55,504 bases of DNA from an uncultured Rhodospirillaceae bacterium. GTDB taxonomy: Bacteria > Pseudomonadota > Alphaproteobacteria > GCA-2731375. The stretch lies in NCBI GenBank assembly GCA_964507245.1, contig CAZDQC010000006.1, positions 1-55,504 on the forward strand, written 5' to 3'. Each line of letters opens with the position of its first letter. The stretch's first letter is position 1. Below are positions 9,278 through 19,921 of this stretch, piece after piece. A program made the position numbers and the translations under genes. The notes beneath the pieces are model-generated. The model searched no databases, was not told the origin of the DNA, and was given only the letters and a program-made list of their open reading frames with translations.

Positions 9278-11503
9278 ATGGCAACGCCGCATACCAGTGA
9301 CGCTAAACCTGAATTGGAGGACCTGACGCGCATCCAGCGCGTGCATGTCCTCCTGCCCCTGCCGTTGGGGACGCCGTATGATTATGCCGTCACGCGGGGC
9401 GACACCGTCGAAGTCGGGGATTTCGTCACCGTACCCTTGGGCAAGCGGATGGTGCAGGGTGTAGTTTGGGGGAAGGGCCCAGCCGATCCAAATAATGCCG
9501 TCGCCGATGGCCGCTTGCGCACCATCGCCGAACGCTTAGACGTCCCCGCGATGGCAGAGGTGACCCGCCGTTTTGTGACGTGGCTGGCAGATTACACCTG
9601 CGCCTCCCCCGGAGCAGCGTTGCGTATGACCATGTCGGTCCGGATGGCATTGGAAGTCCCGCGTCCCCGCCTGGCTTACGCCCTGGCCGGACCTCCGCCG
9701 AAACGCATGACCAGCGCGCGGGCCCGTGTCATCGACGTACTCTCCGACGGCCTATCCTTGCCAGCTGTAACAATTGCCGAACTGGCAGCCGTAAGCAGCG
9801 GCGTCGTACGCGGCCTGGTCCACGCCGGCACTCTACGCGAGGTACAATTACCAGCCGAATTGCCGGTACCGGAACCGGATTTGCACCGTCCTGGCACTCA
9901 CCTGAACGCCGATCAGGCTGCAGCTGCGGCCGCATTAAAGAAAAAAATTGAGGACGATTGTTATAGCGTAACCCTGCTGGATGGTGTCACCGGCGCAGGC
10001 AAGACGGAAGTCTATCTAGAAGCCATCGCCAAAACCCTATCCCAGGGACGTCAAGTGCTGGTATTGGTGCCTGAGATCGGCCTGACGGCACAGTGGCTAC
10101 AGCGCTTCGAAGACCGATTCGGTGCCGAACCCCTGTCCTGGCATTCTGATCTGGGCGCAGCTCGGCGGCGACTGACCTGGCGCGCCGTGGCCCAGGGCCG
10201 CGCTCGGGTGGTCGTAGGCGCGCGGTCGGCCCTATTCCTCCCTTACACCGACCTGGGGCTCATCATTGTAGACGAAGAGCATGACAGCGCTTTCAAGCAG
10301 GAGGACGGGCTGATCTACCACGCCCGGGATATGGCAGTTTTGCGGGCTTCACTAGGTAAAATTCCCATCATCCTTGTCTCCGCCACCCCCAGCCTGGAAA
10401 GCCTGGTAAATTTAGAGGCGGGACGCTACGCCGCCCTACATCTGCCCAAGCGCATCGGGACTGCGGAACTCCCTCAGATCGAAGCTATCGACATGAGGAG
10501 CGAAGCCCCAGATGGGGCACAATGGCTGTCACCAACATTAGTCACTGCCATGAAGGAGACATTGGAACGTGGCGAGCAAGTACTGCTATTCCTAAATCGC
10601 CGTGGTTACGCTCCTTTGACATTGTGCCGAGCTTGCGGACACAGGTTGGAATGCCCTCATTGCACTGCTTGGCTGGTGGAACATCGGTTTCATGGTCGGC
10701 TGCAGTGCCATCATTGCGGCTTTAATTTAGGCCGGCCCGAATCCTGCCCGAATTGCGAGGCAGAAGGCAGTCTGATCGCATGCGGCCCCGGGGTGGAACG
10801 ACTAAGCGAGGAAGTAGACAGTTTGCTGCCGGACGTAACCCGTATGCTGATAGCATCCGATACCCTGCGGGGACCAGAATCGGCAGCAGAGGCTATTCGG
10901 ATGATTGCCGAGGGTGAAGTCTCGCTAATCATAGGCACGCAAATCGTAGCCAAAGGGCACCATTTCCCTCTCCTGACTTTAGTCGGCGTTATCGACTCGG
11001 ATTTGGGTTTGCAGGGCGGCGATCTTCGAGCAGCAGAACGCACCTACCAGGTGCTGCACCAGGTGGCCGGCCGCTCCGGCCGCGCCCATCGGCCGGGCAG
11101 GGCCCTGTTGCAGACCTATATGCCGGAACACCCCGTCATGGAGGCGCTGATCTCTGGTGACCGGGACAGTTTTATGGCTAGGGAGCAGGGGGCGAGACGG
11201 GCCCAGGGCCTGCCTCCTTTCGGTCGGCTGATCGCCCTAATCGTCTCCGGCCAGGACGAGGCTCAGGTAACCGCCATAGCGCGGGACCTAGGACGCATGG
11301 CGCCCCGAGAACAAAATGTGGAAATTCTAGGTCCTGCGCCTGCTCCGTTAAGCCTGTTGCGCGGCCGTTTTCGCCATCGTTTCTTGTTGAAATGCCCGCG
11401 CAACACCAATGCCTCTGCCCTGGCAAGAGGCTGGATAGGTCGGGTGAAGGTCCCCAACCAGGTACGCGTAACTATCGACGTGGATCCCTACACCTTTTTG
11501 TAA
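9278..11503 (+). CDS. priA: primosomal replication-restart helicase PriA
   Basis: 741 aa. Walker A GVTGAGKTEVY, DEEH box IIVDEEHD, and a Cys-rich Zn insertion CRACGHRLECPHCTAWLVEHRFHGRLQCHHCG...CPNC. Confidence 0.95.
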   Translation: MATPHTSDAKPELEDLTRIQRVHVLLPLPLGTPYDYAVTRGDTVEVGDFVTVPLGKRMVQGVVWGKGPADPNNAVADGRLRTIAERLDVPAMAEVTRRFVTWLADYTCASPGAALRMTMSVRMALEVPRPRLAYALAGPPPKRMTSARARVIDVLSDGLSLPAVTIAELAAVSSGVVRGLVHAGTLREVQLPAELPVPEPDLHRPGTHLNADQAAAAAALKKKIEDDCYSVTLLDGVTGAGKTEVYLEAIAKTLSQGRQVLVLVPEIGLTAQWLQRFEDRFGAEPLSWHSDLGAARRRLTWRAVAQGRARVVVGARSALFLPYTDLGLIIVDEEHDSAFKQEDGLIYHARDMAVLRASLGKIPIILVSATPSLESLVNLEAGRYAALHLPKRIGTAELPQIEAIDMRSEAPDGAQWLSPTLVTAMKETLERGEQVLLFLNRRGYAPLTLCRACGHRLECPHCTAWLVEHRFHGRLQCHHCGFNLGRPESCPNCEAEGSLIACGPGVERLSEEVDSLLPDVTRMLIASDTLRGPESAAEAIRMIAEGEVSLIIGTQIVAKGHHFPLLTLVGVIDSDLGLQGGDLRAAERTYQVLHQVAGRSGRAHRPGRALLQTYMPEHPVMEALISGDRDSFMAREQGARRAQGLPPFGRLIALIVSGQDEAQVTAIARDLGRMAPREQNVEILGPAPAPLSLLRGRFRHRFLLKCPRNTNASALARGWIGRVKVPNQVRVTIDVDPYTFL

Positions 11504-11621
11504 AAAGTTTTGGGCGCTATTATGTGAAAATTTTCTTGACAGTCACGTGATAACCGCCACGGCCACCAAGAAAAGGTTGCCTGGCCCACGATGGATTAGG
11601 ATTAAGTCCTTGGAGAGCGTA

Positions 11622-12788
11622 ATGCATGAGTTGATTTCTGCAGATAGTCACGTAGTGGAAACTAGCGAGGTCTTCACAGGACTAGCAGAGAGATTTGGCG
11701 ATGACGCGCCACGGGTAATGAACACCGACGAAGAGATTGATGCCATTGTTATACCCAGCCAGGGCTTAAAGGGAACTGGAGCGGGCCGCCTTGGCCTTGC
11801 GGGGTTACGCCTCCGGGATGGCGGGAAGCTAGTACGTAGGGTGGGGCGTAAGCCGGAAGTTGACGATTTGACCGACCCCGCCATCGTAGAAATACTCAAA
11901 CAGGGTTATAGCGGTCTGAGGGAAGGCATCCGCTCAGGCGCGGCGCGGCATGTTGATCAGGACGCCGATGGTCTTGCCCTGGAACTGTTATACCCAGGTT
12001 ATTTTGGCATGTTCAGCATACCCAATACAGACCTGCTGGTGGCTTGCCAAAAGAACTACAACGACTGGGTATTCGACTACGCAGCCCAGGGAAACGGCCG
12101 TCTGCACGGGTTAGCAGCTATCCCACTACAGGATCCAGATGCCGGTCTAGCTGAGCTGAAACGAGTGATAGAAAAGGGCTTTAAGGGCGTTTGCATTCCC
12201 TGCACCTCACCAGAGGGAAAACCCTATTTCAACGGCTGCTACGACCGCATCTGGCACACCGCACAAGAGGCTGGGATACCCGTATCTATGCATGTAGGCT
12301 GCAACGCCTATGCGTCCCAGAATTTGCGCGGCCCCACGCCGGATCCCTTAGTGACTTATGCTGGCTCTGCCGCAAATATTCAGCGCACTTTGGTGGAGTT
12401 TATTTGTCGGGGCGTAGCTGAAAAATTTCCAAATCTTAAGATCGTCGTCGGTGAGTTCAACGCAGGCTGGCTAGCCCATTGGCTGGACCGGCTGGATCAA
12501 GGGGTTTCAAGAGAGAACCGCTTCGGACGTGGCCCCTTCATGGAAGCTAGGCCCCTGGAAATTTGGCACCGGCAATTTTCCGCGACGATAGAGGATGACC
12601 GAGCTGCTATCCTAACCCGCCACATCCTAGGTGTGGATAATCTGATGTGGGGGGCCGATTATCCTCATTCGGATTCCACCTGGCCTTGTTCCCGAGAGGT
12701 ACTGAGCGAGGTGATGGCAGATGTTCCCGATGACGAGATCGGCAAGATCACCCGAGACAACGTGGCACGCCTATACGGCTTGGATTAG
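11622..12788 (+). CDS. amidohydrolase-2 (ACMSD-like metal-dependent hydrolase/decarboxylase) family protein
   Basis: ISADSHVVE near the N-terminus and MWGADYPHSDSTWP near the C-terminus. I prefer ATG 11622 (GGAGAG RBS at 11612) over the GTG at 11547. Confidence 0.8.
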   Translation: MHELISADSHVVETSEVFTGLAERFGDDAPRVMNTDEEIDAIVIPSQGLKGTGAGRLGLAGLRLRDGGKLVRRVGRKPEVDDLTDPAIVEILKQGYSGLREGIRSGAARHVDQDADGLALELLYPGYFGMFSIPNTDLLVACQKNYNDWVFDYAAQGNGRLHGLAAIPLQDPDAGLAELKRVIEKGFKGVCIPCTSPEGKPYFNGCYDRIWHTAQEAGIPVSMHVGCNAYASQNLRGPTPDPLVTYAGSAANIQRTLVEFICRGVAEKFPNLKIVVGEFNAGWLAHWLDRLDQGVSRENRFGRGPFMEARPLEIWHRQFSATIEDDRAAILTRHILGVDNLMWGADYPHSDSTWPCSREVLSEVMADVPDDEIGKITRDNVARLYGLD

Positions 12789-15064
12789 GCGGTCTCGGTC
12801 AAAATCACGTTGTTATCATAAAGGGTACGAATTTCCAACTCGCTATAGCCGGCTTCCCTTAGCACCTGGCTTGTCTGTTCCCCCAACAACGGAGTTGGCA
12901 GTCGTTGCGCGATTTCCGTATTGCCAAACCGGATATATCCCTGTGCGACCAATAATTTACCAGCGGTAGGATGTTGCACGGTAGCTACCAAGTCGTTTTC
13001 TCGGGTATGCGGATCATCAAGGAACAGTTCGCTATTGCCCATCTGCGCCTCCGCCACCGGAACGCCGGCCTGTTTCAACGCTGCCATTGTCTCAGCAACA
13101 GCGCAACCGAAAAAGGCTGCTGCCAAATTACGGGCAAAAGGCGTTTCATTCGGATGTTCACCATCGGAATCCGCAACCCAGTCAACGCCCGCAACATTGC
13201 ATAGGGCCTGTCGTTGTGTTGCGTCCTGGGCAACCACGTAGATCCAGCCGTCACTCATTTGAAAAAGTCGATGATACGGCGTGAGACCAAACTGTTCCTT
13301 ATCAGCTAATGGGCGTTCCGGTCGACGGTCGTATTTTGTGAACCACGCGGAACTGAGCAGGGCAGCCCCGTTCAATAAGTTACTGTCGACCCGTTGCACA
13401 ATTCCGTTGCGGGCACGGGCGTATAGCGCCAAAACCGTGCCGAACGCGCCCATGGCGCCCGTCGTATAGTCTGTCGGCGCCAATTGCGCTGGAAACACCG
13501 GTTGGTTTTCGAGGCCGCCCTGGGCCTGTGACATGCCCATCAAGGCCTGTGCTAAGGGGTCGATGCCCGGCCGTTTTGCATAGGGGCCCGTAGCACCGTA
13601 ACCGGTCAAATGAGTTTCGATCAAATTCCGGTTAATGTCCGGCCCAATACCCATACGAGCCGTCGCACCTGGACGCAAATTAGCCAACAAGGCGTCCGAA
13701 CTGGCAGCGATGCGCTGTACCACCTTACGGCCTGCATCCGTACTGGCGTCGACCGATACGGAGCGCTTGTTGAAATTAAGATTGTAAAAATAGGTGCGGC
13801 CAATAGGCCGGGATAGATCACCGGTATGGGGTTCCAGCTTGATCACGTCAGCGCCTAAATCCGCCAGCAAGCGGCCACCAGTCGGGCCGGCGATTAGGTT
13901 AGTAATCTCGAGAATGCGATAACCTGCCAATGGGGCCGCATCGACGGCAACCTTTGTAGCGCCATCAATTGCTAACTGATTTAACGAAACGTCCAGATTT
14001 TTGCCCGATCGTGGGCCTCGCACGGCGCCAGGTGTTTTGCTAAATGTCAATGGCACACCCATTTGCGCCACTGAACCTTCCTCCGGGTCATCCAAAGTGA
14101 CCACCATGTCGTTGTGGATTACCTGGGGATCTTCCATACCGTCTCTAGTTTGCCGTACGGGCGCAAACGGTACGTCAGCCGCCTCGAACGCATCGGCCCA
14201 GGCGGCCAAAGGTTTGGTGGCAATGGCATGGGTTATGGTATCCCGCAGTTCTTCCTCATCCTGAGCCTTCAAATTCCCGCCGCCACCGTTGAAGCGTGGC
14301 TCAGCCACCAGGTCGCCAATACCCATCAGACCTGCCGCGACGGCAATGAAACGGACATGCACGCAACCTAATTGCAGCCAATTGCCGTCCGCACATTGGT
14401 AGAGGCTATAGAACGGTGCACTGCCGGACGGATGGGTCTGGAAGACATGAGCGTCCAGATTTTCACCTATGACCTTTGGGTGGAAGAGAAGCGCTCCAGC
14501 CATCATGCTGGTTTCCACTGTCCGACCCCGACCTGTGCTCTCTCGCGCCAGTAAGGCAGCAGCAATGCCGAGGCATGCCAAAAGGGCCGAACCCACGTTG
14601 GGCAAGGGATGCACAACATGCACCGGGGGCGGGCGAAATCCTGGCATACCCCCCAGCACACCCATCCGGGCGAGAACTAGATCCTCGATAGGCGGCTCGT
14701 CCTTCAAGGCACCGCGCTTGCCATACGCTGTCAGGGAGCAGCTAATCAAACGTGGATTGATAGACCCTAAGTTTTTGCCATTGACGAGGACCTGCCGCGT
14801 CGAACTAGGCGCGAAATCTTCCACCAATACATCCGCACCTTCCACTAGTTTCTTAAAGCCGTCACCATCCCTGTCGAAATCCAGGGCTATTCGTTCCTTA
14901 CCTCGATCCCAAACAATGAATCCGCCATCACGAAAAATCGGTACATTACGTTCAACAACCCTTATGACCCGAGCTCCCTGATCGCTCAACATCATTGTGG
15001 CAAGTGCAGCGGCCGGGCCGGTACTAAGGTCGAGAACTGTAATCCCATCCAGGATAGCGGGCAT
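12785..15064 (-). CDS. tandem-fused family III (CaiB/BaiF) CoA-transferase, two complete modules
   Basis: The N module starts GITVLDLSTGPAAALATMMLSDQGARVIRV. The C module starts GYRILEITNLIAGPTGGRLLADLGADVIKLEP and carries GIDPLAQALMGM. I prefer the start at MPAILDG (15064). Confidence 0.8.
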   Translation of the reverse strand: MPAILDGITVLDLSTGPAAALATMMLSDQGARVIRVVERNVPIFRDGGFIVWDRGKERIALDFDRDGDGFKKLVEGADVLVEDFAPSSTRQVLVNGKNLGSINPRLISCSLTAYGKRGALKDEPPIEDLVLARMGVLGGMPGFRPPPVHVVHPLPNVGSALLACLGIAAALLARESTGRGRTVETSMMAGALLFHPKVIGENLDAHVFQTHPSGSAPFYSLYQCADGNWLQLGCVHVRFIAVAAGLMGIGDLVAEPRFNGGGGNLKAQDEEELRDTITHAIATKPLAAWADAFEAADVPFAPVRQTRDGMEDPQVIHNDMVVTLDDPEEGSVAQMGVPLTFSKTPGAVRGPRSGKNLDVSLNQLAIDGATKVAVDAAPLAGYRILEITNLIAGPTGGRLLADLGADVIKLEPHTGDLSRPIGRTYFYNLNFNKRSVSVDASTDAGRKVVQRIAASSDALLANLRPGATARMGIGPDINRNLIETHLTGYGATGPYAKRPGIDPLAQALMGMSQAQGGLENQPVFPAQLAPTDYTTGAMGAFGTVLALYARARNGIVQRVDSNLLNGAALLSSAWFTKYDRRPERPLADKEQFGLTPYHRLFQMSDGWIYVVAQDATQRQALCNVAGVDWVADSDGEHPNETPFARNLAAAFFGCAVAETMAALKQAGVPVAEAQMGNSELFLDDPHTRENDLVATVQHPTAGKLLVAQGYIRFGNTEIAQRLPTPLLGEQTSQVLREAGYSELEIRTLYDNNVILTETA

Positions 15065-15276
15065 GAACAAACCTGTAGTGTTATGGTGGACGAGCCGCTG
15101 CGATGTCACCGCAACACGCTCCTGGCAGGAGTCAAATGGTAGCCAATTCTTTGCCGCAAGGGAATGCGAATATGGTTAAACAAGTGACCTGTTGAAGAAA
15201 ATGCAAGGCGATGTCCCGCCGGCCAGGACGAAGGGCGTATTCGAGCCTCCCTATGAGAACCCGATGGCCCTTTCCG

Positions 15277-15672
15277 CTATAGCGAATCCACACCGGAACG
15301 GGCGCAGTCCTCGTCCTCTTGCCCGGTGCCGCCACCAACACCGCAGGCTCCTATCACTTCGCCATCCCGAATTACGGGCACGGCACCCTGACCCATTATC
15401 ATGGCTCCACCCGAATGGGCAACGATGGCTCGGAAGGTGGGATGCTCCGCTCTTTCGGTCAAATCACCGCTTGGCCGACCGAAAGAAGCAGAGGCGATGG
15501 CCTTACCCTGACTGCCATAGATACCAGCCCACATAGCCCCATCCATCCGCTGAAAAGCCAATAATCGGCCCCCGGAATCGCAAACAGCAACATTTATTTT
15601 AATTCCCAAAGCCACCGCTTTTGCGATCGCACCTTGTGCGATGCAGTTAGCTTCTTCCAATGTCAATGCCAT
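15277..15672 (-). CDS. GlcG/HbpS-like (DUF336) heme-binding family protein
   Basis: 131 aa with VAVCDSGGRLLAFQRMDGA and GVGGGTGQEDEDCA, typical of DUF336. Confidence 0.8.
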   Translation of the reverse strand: MALTLEEANCIAQGAIAKAVALGIKINVAVCDSGGRLLAFQRMDGAMWAGIYGSQGKAIASASFGRPSGDLTERAEHPTFRAIVAHSGGAMIMGQGAVPVIRDGEVIGACGVGGGTGQEDEDCARSGVDSL

Positions 15673-15683
15673 GGTATGGCTCC

Positions 15684-16745
15684 TTATTTCATTCGGGATA
15701 TGACTTTATCTGCAAAATCTTCCGCCATGCGGTATTGCTGGTCGAGCGGTGCGATGAAATTAATGGCATTCAGGCCTTGGCGCTCTAAATCCTGAAGTTG
15801 TTCGACAATTTCTTCTGGATGGCCGGTGATACAGAAATTCCGGATCACTTCTGGCGTAATAAAGCGTGCCTCCTCAGGGTCCAAATAACTGTAATGACTT
15901 TCATGTAGTTTTTGATGCTGGGTATCAGCTTTACGCTGGTTATGAAATTCCATGTAGTCATTCCAGATAGGTTTGATGAAATCCGGCGGATCGCCCCCCG
16001 TTTCCTTTACCCAATCCACCAGGAAATGTACGTTGGCCATGATGGAAGATCCGCATTCTGCGATCACCCTTTCGGATGCCAGGGTCTCCCCTGGCAGTAA
16101 CATCAACATGTTAACTAACGCCGTGGTGAAAAATCCGTCCAAGTCGCGACCAGCTCGTTCTGCACCTGCTTTAACGTTATCCAGGGCCCAGGGAATGGTA
16201 CCTCCCCGAGGAATACCGGTGATCAGGCCATCTCCCATTTCCCCGGCCAGGGCTTGTGCCTTTGGACCAAAACCGGCCACGTGAATAGGAATATGATGAT
16301 CCAAGTCCAGATAGCGCAGTTCTGTGTTTTGAAACCGGATGGGCTGGGTCACGCCGTTAAGGGTGTAATCGACTTCCTCGCCATCCAGCAGGGCCCTTAC
16401 AACACGGATGTATTCAGCGAAGCCCTTGATGGTAGTGGGTCGCTGTCCCATAGTTCGCATAGCAGTGTTGCCAGTGCCAATGCCCATGAAGGTGCGTCCG
16501 GGTGCCAAGCGCGCGGTAGTGGCGATACCGTTGGCTGCCACGGGCGCGAGGCGTAGGCCAGGTACTGCTACGCCAGTACCAATCCGGATGGTTTGGGTCT
16601 GTTGTGCGATCAGCGCCAGTACAGCCCAAGGATTGGAGCGGATCATCTGGCTATCGGTAACCCAGCAAAAATCATAGCCCAGATTTTCTGCATGCCGGAC
16701 AAATCCAACTTCATCGATTTTGGCGCAACTAACTCCGAAATCCAT
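15684..16745 (-). CDS. luciferase-like (LLM class) flavin/F420-dependent oxidoreductase
   Basis: 353 aa. N-terminal MDFGVS...AENLGYDFCWVTDSQ and GIGTGN match the bacterial luciferase fold pattern. Confidence 0.8.
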   Translation of the reverse strand: MDFGVSCAKIDEVGFVRHAENLGYDFCWVTDSQMIRSNPWAVLALIAQQTQTIRIGTGVAVPGLRLAPVAANGIATTARLAPGRTFMGIGTGNTAMRTMGQRPTTIKGFAEYIRVVRALLDGEEVDYTLNGVTQPIRFQNTELRYLDLDHHIPIHVAGFGPKAQALAGEMGDGLITGIPRGGTIPWALDNVKAGAERAGRDLDGFFTTALVNMLMLLPGETLASERVIAECGSSIMANVHFLVDWVKETGGDPPDFIKPIWNDYMEFHNQRKADTQHQKLHESHYSYLDPEEARFITPEVIRNFCITGHPEEIVEQLQDLERQGLNAINFIAPLDQQYRMAEDFADKVISRMK

Positions 16746-16769
16746 GATCTGCTCTCTTCCGCTTCTCCT

Positions 16770-17915
16770 TCAGGTCTCGTGCGACAGCACGATAGTCCCA
16801 GCAGCTGACAGCATGCCCCCCATGCCGTTGACAAGGGAACATTTTACGCCCGGCACCTGTCGGTCACCGCATTCGCCGCGCTGCTGCCGTACCGCCTCGA
16901 TAATTGGGAAAATGCCGTACATACCGGAATGGGTATACGACAAACCACCGCCGTTAGTATTGATCGGCAAAGACCCACCAGGGTCAGAACGACCCTCGTC
17001 AAAGAAGCGCACACCCTCACCCGGTTCGCAGAAGCCTAGGGATTCTAACATGATCGGCGGGCCCGAGGTGAAGGCGTCATACAACATAATATGGTCGAAT
17101 TCGCTATGGCTAACGCCTGCCATTTCAAACGCCCTATTGCCGGAATTCTTAGTCGCCCAGCTCAAAGGTAGATCGGCCATATTAGTGACTAAAGTATGCT
17201 CTGCCCCCTCTCCTGCGCCGCGTACGTATACCGGCTTTTTGGCGCAGTCTTTGGCTCGGTCGGCACGGGTCATCACCACTGCGCCGCCTGCATCCGTCAC
17301 CAGGCAGATGTTTAGCAGGTTGAATGGGTAGAACAGCTTGGGAGAATTCAGCACATCCTGCACCGTGATCGGATCCCGGAACATGGCCTTGGGGTTCAGT
17401 CCCGCCCAGGCGCGGGTGGACACAGCGACTTGGGCCCAGTCCTCTAAGGTTGTGCCGTATTCATGCATATGCCGGGTGGTGATCATGCCAAAATACGTAG
17501 GCGCACCGCCAAATCCATAAGGTATTTCGAACTGCCCGCTGAGCGAAGTATCTCGCGCTCGCGTCACACCTATCCCAGACCGACCGCTCTCACCATGTGA
17601 GATCACAGCCACATCACACAGGCCATGATGCAGGGCTAGCATGGCGTGCCCCACCATGATGATAAATGAACAACCGCCCACGGTCGTGCCATCCATATAG
17701 CGCGGCATGACCCCTAGCGCCTCGCCTAATAGTGCAGGTGAATGCTGCCCTGCGGTAAAGATGCCATCGATGTCTGAAATCTTCAGACCTGCGTCCGCGA
17801 TGGCATTATGGATTGATTGCAGATGCAGACTGGTTAGGCTGACGTCAGGTACCTTGCCAATTTCATCGGCTTCATCCACGCCCACAATGGCAGCGGAGTT
17901 TGATAATTCTTTCAT
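16770..17915 (-). CDS. thiolase-fold protein (SCP-x / lipid-transfer-type, DUF35 partner)
   Basis: AIVGVDEADEIGK at the N-terminus and INTNGGGLSYTHSGMYG near the C-terminus. It lies directly downstream of a DUF35 gene. The upstream ORF extension (to 18044) has junk-like composition. Confidence 0.8.
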   Translation of the reverse strand: MKELSNSAAIVGVDEADEIGKVPDVSLTSLHLQSIHNAIADAGLKISDIDGIFTAGQHSPALLGEALGVMPRYMDGTTVGGCSFIIMVGHAMLALHHGLCDVAVISHGESGRSGIGVTRARDTSLSGQFEIPYGFGGAPTYFGMITTRHMHEYGTTLEDWAQVAVSTRAWAGLNPKAMFRDPITVQDVLNSPKLFYPFNLLNICLVTDAGGAVVMTRADRAKDCAKKPVYVRGAGEGAEHTLVTNMADLPLSWATKNSGNRAFEMAGVSHSEFDHIMLYDAFTSGPPIMLESLGFCEPGEGVRFFDEGRSDPGGSLPINTNGGGLSYTHSGMYGIFPIIEAVRQQRGECGDRQVPGVKCSLVNGMGGMLSAAGTIVLSHET

Positions 17916-17949
17916 TTTAGGCTTTCCCAAGAATGGTTGCCGCTGTGCC

Positions 17950-18366
17950 CTAGGACACGGGCTGAAACAGGGGAATTGTGATGTCGTCTGTTTGTTTTTC
18001 GTACACCACTTCCACGGGCATGTCGCATTTGATGACGTCGGCATCTGGCTGGATGTTGATTAGATTGGACATCAGCCTCGGGCCTTCTTCCAGCTCAATC
18101 ATAGCTAGGATAAAGGGTGGATCGATTTTGAATGCTGGGTTCAAGGCTCTGTACGCTATCTGAAAGGAATACAACTTGCCCTTTCCGCTAGCTTGAATCC
18201 AACTGACGTTGCGGGAATGACAATGGGGACAGGCGATGCGTGGGTAAAAAAATGCTCCGCGACAATCATCGCATCTGGGCAACATCAGTTTGCCTTGGTT
18301 CAGGCCGTCCCAATAGGGTTTGGCCTCGGGGGTTATGGGTTTAGGCAATGGCCGTAACGCTTCCAA
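17950..18366 (-). CDS. DUF35 Zn-ribbon/OB-fold protein (thiolase-associated)
   Basis: 138 aa. CDDCRGAFFYPRIACPHCHS rubredoxin-like Zn ribbon followed by an OB-fold segment. Confidence 0.85.
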   Translation of the reverse strand: MEALRPLPKPITPEAKPYWDGLNQGKLMLPRCDDCRGAFFYPRIACPHCHSRNVSWIQASGKGKLYSFQIAYRALNPAFKIDPPFILAMIELEEGPRLMSNLINIQPDADVIKCDMPVEVVYEKQTDDITIPLFQPVS

Positions 18367-18795
18367 TGGAAAATCCTCTCACGGTGCTTTTGGTATTTTT
18401 GTTGGCTGATGAACGCCACAAACACAGACAAACAAATCTAACACCTCTTTTGGGATAAGTCTCAATTTGGCGAGTGATGATGTCGCCTCTTTGATGAAGA
18501 TTTGGCCTATTTGTTCCTAGTGGCGGCAACCTAACGCCGCTATTTGAAGGCTTTGCCTCGATTATCCTCCAGGCCAAAAAATCATTGCAATCGTACATAG
18601 GCTGTTTTCTAGCGCTAGCTCACAGGCGCCCTGATAGCCTCGCGAATTGAAATTGCCCGCCATCACAGGCAGTCTCGTGAAAACTAGAAAAATGACAGCA
18701 TGGCGGTTTGGCTTTGTAACCCTATTATGGCGGAGGTTCGACTCGGGCCGTATCCCTTGCTAGAAATCAGGGCTGCAAGTTCAGGAGGAGCAGAA

Positions 18796-19878
18796 ATGAC
18801 CATGTTGCCAAAATCTGTGGTTATCACGGACGATACGATGCGCGAAGGTCTACAGATTGAAAGCGCCGATATATCGGTCGATGATAAATTGCGCCTTTTG
18901 GATGCACTGGGCGAAACAGGTGCCAAGGTAATTTCGATAGGATCCTTCGCTCATCCCAAATGGACGCCCTCAATGGCCTGCATTGACGAAATTGCAGAAA
19001 GATTTGTCCCCAAGCCCGGCATCAAATATACGGCAGCCATCTTCAACAAACGCGGATTTGAGAGAGCGGATGCCTACTATCCAAAGATTAATGTGCGCGG
19101 CAGGAAGTTCGGCACTAATGTGGAGTTGTGTGACACCTTCGCCCGACGCAACTACAACCGAACCCAGGCTGAACAGATCGCTGGGCTGGACGTCGCTGTG
19201 GCCGCAGCCAAAGAGGCTAATGCGGAATTCGGCGCGGTGGGTCTAGGCAACCCCTTCGGCTCCAACTTCGAAGGACCATTTACCCTGGCACAACGTATGG
19301 AACTTCTAGACCTAATGATGGACAAATGGCATGCCTCCGGAATTAAGGTAAACAAATGCTCTTTTCTGGACGCCATGGGTTGGAACATGCCGCACGAGGT
19401 ACGGGAAACCCTGATTGCTATCAAAGACAAATATCCCGAGATCAAGGATTTCCACATGCATCTCCACGACAGTCGGGGCGTCACCCTAACCAGCTATTAC
19501 GAGGCGTTGCAACTGGGCGTCCGAGAGTTTGATACGTCCATCGGTGGCATGGGCGGGTGCCCCTACTGCGGTAACGGCAGAGCAGCCGGCCACGTCCCCA
19601 CTGAGGACTTTGTCAACCTGTGCCACGAACTGGGAATAGAGACGGGTTATGACCTAGACAAATTGATCGAGGCCGCTGCCATTGCCGAAGAAATTGTTGG
19701 CCATTCACTGTGGGGCCATGTATCCAAGGCCGGCGCTAGACCCCGGAGAAGCCGGCTATACCCCGCCAATATGCCTTTTGTAGAAACCCTTGATGAGGCG
19801 GCCCATTTCCGCAAGGGGCCGGAGGTCTATGCTGGCCAGCTTTCGCCCTGGAAAGATGGTGACGCCCTTAGCCGCTAA
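18796..19878 (+). CDS. HMG-CoA-lyase-like (DRE-TIM metallolyase) protein
   Basis: ITDDTMREGLQIE and FHMHLHDSRG metal-binding motifs. AGGAGGAG RBS before ATG 18796. Confidence 0.8.
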   Translation: MTMLPKSVVITDDTMREGLQIESADISVDDKLRLLDALGETGAKVISIGSFAHPKWTPSMACIDEIAERFVPKPGIKYTAAIFNKRGFERADAYYPKINVRGRKFGTNVELCDTFARRNYNRTQAEQIAGLDVAVAAAKEANAEFGAVGLGNPFGSNFEGPFTLAQRMELLDLMMDKWHASGIKVNKCSFLDAMGWNMPHEVRETLIAIKDKYPEIKDFHMHLHDSRGVTLTSYYEALQLGVREFDTSIGGMGGCPYCGNGRAAGHVPTEDFVNLCHELGIETGYDLDKLIEAAAIAEEIVGHSLWGHVSKAGARPRRSRLYPANMPFVETLDEAAHFRKGPEVYAGQLSPWKDGDALSR

Positions 19879-19921
19879 TAGCAGCCTACTTTAGGTCTGG
19901 CCTAGTTCTGGAGCAATTAAT

